Origin: Chrysomallon squamiferum
Lineage: Eukaryota; Animalia; Mollusca
Assembly: GCA_012295275.1 (NCBI GenBank)
Contig: CM022670.1
Location: forward strand, 34,720,001 to 34,784,000
Length of the DNA stretch: 64,000 nt
Direction of reading: 5' to 3'
Shown here: piece after piece, positions 39,743-64,000 of the stretch
Position numbering within the stretch: the first letter of the stretch is position 1
Layout: the number at the start of each line of letters is the position of its first letter
The notes under the pieces: generated by a model
Told to the model about the DNA's origin: nothing
What the model saw: the letters and a program-made list of their open reading frames with translations, nothing else
Database searches by the model: none
Translations under genes and position numbers: made by a program

Positions 39743-41669
39743 GTAAGTCATTCAGTTCAATTTTTTAATCATACGACCGAATGTTTCTATTATAATGATT
39801 ATCGTTTTCGTTTTTGTCTTTCGACTCTTTCTTAATTTGTACCATATTTTTTTTTTTTTTTTTTTTAATAATGAAGACTGCATCTCTTCATAATTCTCTA
39901 GAAATTCTTTGAGATGTTTCCTATTGAATATTAAAACGTAAAAGGACGATTAAAAACTCTCTCCCTTTTTCAAATGACTAAAAATTAACAGTAATATGAT
40001 TTAGATAATCATGTTTTAAAGCTTTGTTGACATGAACTTGCACTGCTTTGTTCTTTCAGGGTTTCTGTCGAGCAGTCGTGTGCTCTGTGGGTAAAGTCGT
40101 CAGTGGCAACCTGTGTAAAAGCATTATTTCCGAGTCTTCGTACTTTCGATACATTATTTACTTGGACGCAACAGCAAAAGGGTCTTTCCTTGAAACTCGC
40201 TATATGGAAGAGAATCTCGAAACGGCTCTGAACGAATTTCTGAACGACACGGCCTACACACTGAAGATGTCCTTGTCGCTAGTGGAAATCTTCCCAGTTA
40301 TGAGTGAATGCAAAAACACGACTGTCACAGTAGATTACGAGATAAGCGTTTTTGTGTTTATAACTGATGCCAGCAGGGATGAATTGGAAAGGGATTTAAC
40401 GACTGTATTCGATCCTGAAATTAGAAGACAGTACCGTGTGAGGAAGTCGACAGTTGAATTTTCCGTAAGAGATAAAATAATTACTTTAAATTCAAGACAC
40501 TCGAAAACATCGCTCATGTTGTTTTGTGTAATGACGCTTTCAACATTCAGTTCCACTGTCAGAAAAGTGATTACCACGAACATTTTCTATGCTGATCTGG
40601 TTGTCAGCGAAATGCTGTGGTGTGCTCAGGTTGAACTCAATTCAACAGAATACTCAGTTGATGAAAACTCTCGAAGACTTATAATAGAAATAACAAACAC
40701 ATCGATAAAGGAAACTGAGTATTACTTAACAGAGAGAAACACGACAAAGGTTTGTCTGCACAATCTCCAGGATCAGTCTGTACAAACGACGACCTCTATG
40801 GACGTACCATCAAGCATCAGCGGTATTGTCTCACTAATATGCACGTGCATTTCGCTGACATTTCTGCTTGTCTCTGTATTGGTATATATCATTTTCCGTA
40901 TTTCAGAACAACATCAGGACGAAATAATCTTGCTTTAGCCTTGAATCTCATCGCAGCTCAAACATTGTTTGAATTTGGCGCCGAACAAATCCAGTTACCA
41001 ATAACGTGTCAGGTTATTGGGTTTTTATCTCATTACTTTTGGCTGTCTTCTGTATTTTGGATGAACGCTTGCACTGTCAATTTGTTTTACCGAATCTGCT
41101 TTCCGTTCCACTCCCGAGGACAGTCGGACTCGAAAATCTTTCTTGTTCTCTGTCTCTACTGTTCCGTCTCACCAGGAATCATCGTCATGGTAACGTCTCT
41201 GTCTAACTACGTCGTTCTGGGTCGCTCTGGTTACGGCGGTGGCGTCTGTTACTTGTCCAACGCCGTTTCGCGTGTGTACGGTTTCGCTGTTCCTGTGGGA
41301 ATCTTGGTGGTCTCAAACATACTGTTATTCCTGTCGACCATGATAGCGATCTGCAGACTCCCCAGTCTAAGCAGTACGTCCAGCAACAAGGTCAGCTTCA
41401 TCATGTGCGTCAACCTCTCTACCATCACCGGGGCATCGTGGCTGTTTGGTTACGCCTACGAGATTTCAGGTTTCATCGGCTTCTCCTACGCCTTCTCGAT
41501 CTTCCTCGGGTCGGTGGGACTGTTTCTCTTCATGTCGTTCTTCGCCAATAAGCTGAAGAGCGGACTGACTTGTAAACTTCCATGCTTTTCAAAACGAGTT
41601 CCCGATATTTCGTCTTTTACGTCTACTGAAATGCTTTCTGCTAGCAAAGAGAAAACTGAGTGTATGTAG
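38756..41669 (+). CDS. Class B (7tm_2) adhesion/Methuselah-like GPCR with somatomedin-B and Cys-rich ectodomain; two coding exons; one 1-nt frameshift (assembly error or pseudogene)
   Basis: Exon 38756-39742 (gtaagt) and exon 40060-41669 (ttctttcag). Signal peptide; SMB-like CYCDDECYKYGDCCPD; YRNKHCAECH and YKNIFCYVCN repeats; 7TM with CQVIGFLSHYFWLSSVFWMN and LSTITGASWLFG. About 865 aa if the frameshift at about 40895 is corrected. Confidence 0.85.
40060..41669 (+). CDS. GPCR exon 2 (ectodomain stalk and 7TM), frameshifted at about 40895
   Basis: ORFs 40048..40938 and 40752..41669 overlap; the product switches frame at YIIF/PYFRTTSGRN. Confidence 0.85.
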
Positions 41670-42216
41670 CAGTTTGACTATTTTGTTGAAAAATGAAATG
41701 AAGCATGAAGTAAGAAATCAGAATCCTTTCTGAGGAATTATTATAAAACTACACTAAAAAGTGTAAAAAAATAAAAATAAAAAAAACCAAAGAAGAAAAA
41801 GAAGAAAAGGGAGAGAGGAAAAGAGTATTGAAAATAACATTCATCTGTTATGTAGTCCAAAAATGAGGGTAACACACATTTGTTCTCGAATATACATAGA
41901 CATTTAACATAAAGAAAGGAGTTAATCTAAGATGAAATGAATTTAAGACATTATTTTAATTCATTGATGCTATTTGTCATAAGGCTTCGTTGATCACAGG
42001 TTGATAGTGTTATTTTCTTTTACTGTTATTCTTGTTATTTTTATTATTGTTGTTGGAACTATTTTTATTGTTGTTATTATTATTCTTGATTTTATCGGCA
42101 AAATTGTTTTTTTTTTTATTATTATTGTTCCTGTTGTTGTTGTTATTACTGTTCTTGTTAATTAGTATTAATAACTGTTTAATATTGTTATTACTGCTAT
42201 TTATTTCATTTATTTA

Positions 42217-42362
42217 AAGGAACCAACGACTAACGGCCATTTGTCTGTCGTTACCATAGCGACACTGTCAAAAAACAAAACAAACAAAAAATAACAGAAT
42301 GAAAATAGGAAATTCACCAATGACTTAAATGCGCTCGATATGTTATAAGTTATACTCGATCG

Positions 42363-42460
<98 letters not shown>

Positions 42461-42466
42461 TCTCTC
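42217..42466 (-). pseudogene. Orphan duplicate of part of a TEP exon with its upstream intron (copy of about 59137-59420)
   Basis: acggccatttgtctgtcgttaccatagcgacactgt and gaatgaaaataggaaattcaccaatg are identical at both sites; both are followed by (TC)n. Confidence 0.85.
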
Positions 42467-43160
42467 CTATACGTATTCAATTGCTCACAAACACTATCAT
42501 GCGCCTACATTACAAACTTCAAAACGAATACAAGTATTTAATTTATGAATTTGCAATTTGTTTTTTTTAAATCATAAATAAAATTCACTTTGTGCAGCAA
42601 ATACTTTGTAATTTTTAAATTTTATAATCAGCTTTTGAACATTATAATAAATAAAAACCTTTGTTGTAATAATAATAAAAAAAAATATTTAAATTAATAG
42701 TAACTTGTAATTATTTAAATGTTCATTTCACGACTGTGCTACGACAAGACAAAACCTTGATTCAATCTTCAGGATATTTGATCGCGTCTTTGAATCTTTT
42801 ACCGTAAGGTGACATATCTTTTAAAAGTATTATCATAAAACATGATAATTCTAGCTTTTTGACAAACTGAAGGATTATTCATTCAGGATTTCAAGAAACA
42901 GTCAGTTGTAGGTTTTAATGTTGTTGGGGGTATTTATGTTTCAACGTACTAAACCATATATTTCTAAATTAATTTGGACATTGACTGGGTGACTTTTCTT
43001 TAAAGCTCGTAGAGTTGTACGTATGTTATACGTAGACGTAACAACAGCACATTAATTATTTATATATCCGTTTAACTCAGTTAAAATATTTAAAAAGCAC
43101 AGCCATCATCATCATTATTATAATAATGTTCTATTGTGATTTTTTTTTTCTTCTTCTTCA

Positions 43161-43194
<34 letters not shown>

Positions 43195-43403
43195 CATCGA
43201 TAGAGTAATGTTTTTTTTTTAAAATAACAACAACAAGGAAATAATGTATTTGTTGGGTGACATTTATCTCAAATGTTTATTTCGTATAAAAAGATAGGAA
43301 AAGAAAACTTTAAATATTTTGAACACAAATATTTATATTATGTTACTTAAAGTAATTAGTTAAACGTGTTTGAAATGTTTCAAAATCTTATTTATCCAGA
43401 TAA

Positions 43404-64000
<20,597 letters not shown>

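Overview
AT-rich, microsatellite-dense, intron-rich animal genomic DNA. The gene content suggests a lophotrochozoan, probably a mollusc (inference). I reconstructed three protein-coding genes by hand from splice signals and protein motifs. (1) A minus-strand ABCC4/CFTR-clade ABC protein: 20 coding exons and 862 codons in the window, probable 5'UTR exons near 27.2 and 32.3 kb, and the 3' part running off the left edge. The reading frame is intact, but its first nucleotide-binding domain has lost nearly every nucleotide-binding motif, including LSGGQ->IDNTI. (2) A plus-strand, two-exon, somatomedin-B/Cys-rich class B (adhesion/Methuselah-like) GPCR with a single 1-nt frameshift. (3) A minus-strand thioester-containing protein (TEP/CD109/alpha-2-macroglobulin family): 32 exons in the window, with the 5' end off the right edge. 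It has an intact GCGEQ, a C4A-like Asp at the catalytic position, and a single 1-nt frameshift. Other signals: minisatellites that repeatedly copy splice sites, a sharp CpG-poor to CpG-rich boundary at about 32.2 kb, an orphan duplicate of a TEP exon fragment, SINE/MITE/mariner remnants and two foldback structures. Most ORFs in the supplied track are microsatellite artefacts. All coordinates were read by eye and may be off by a few bases.
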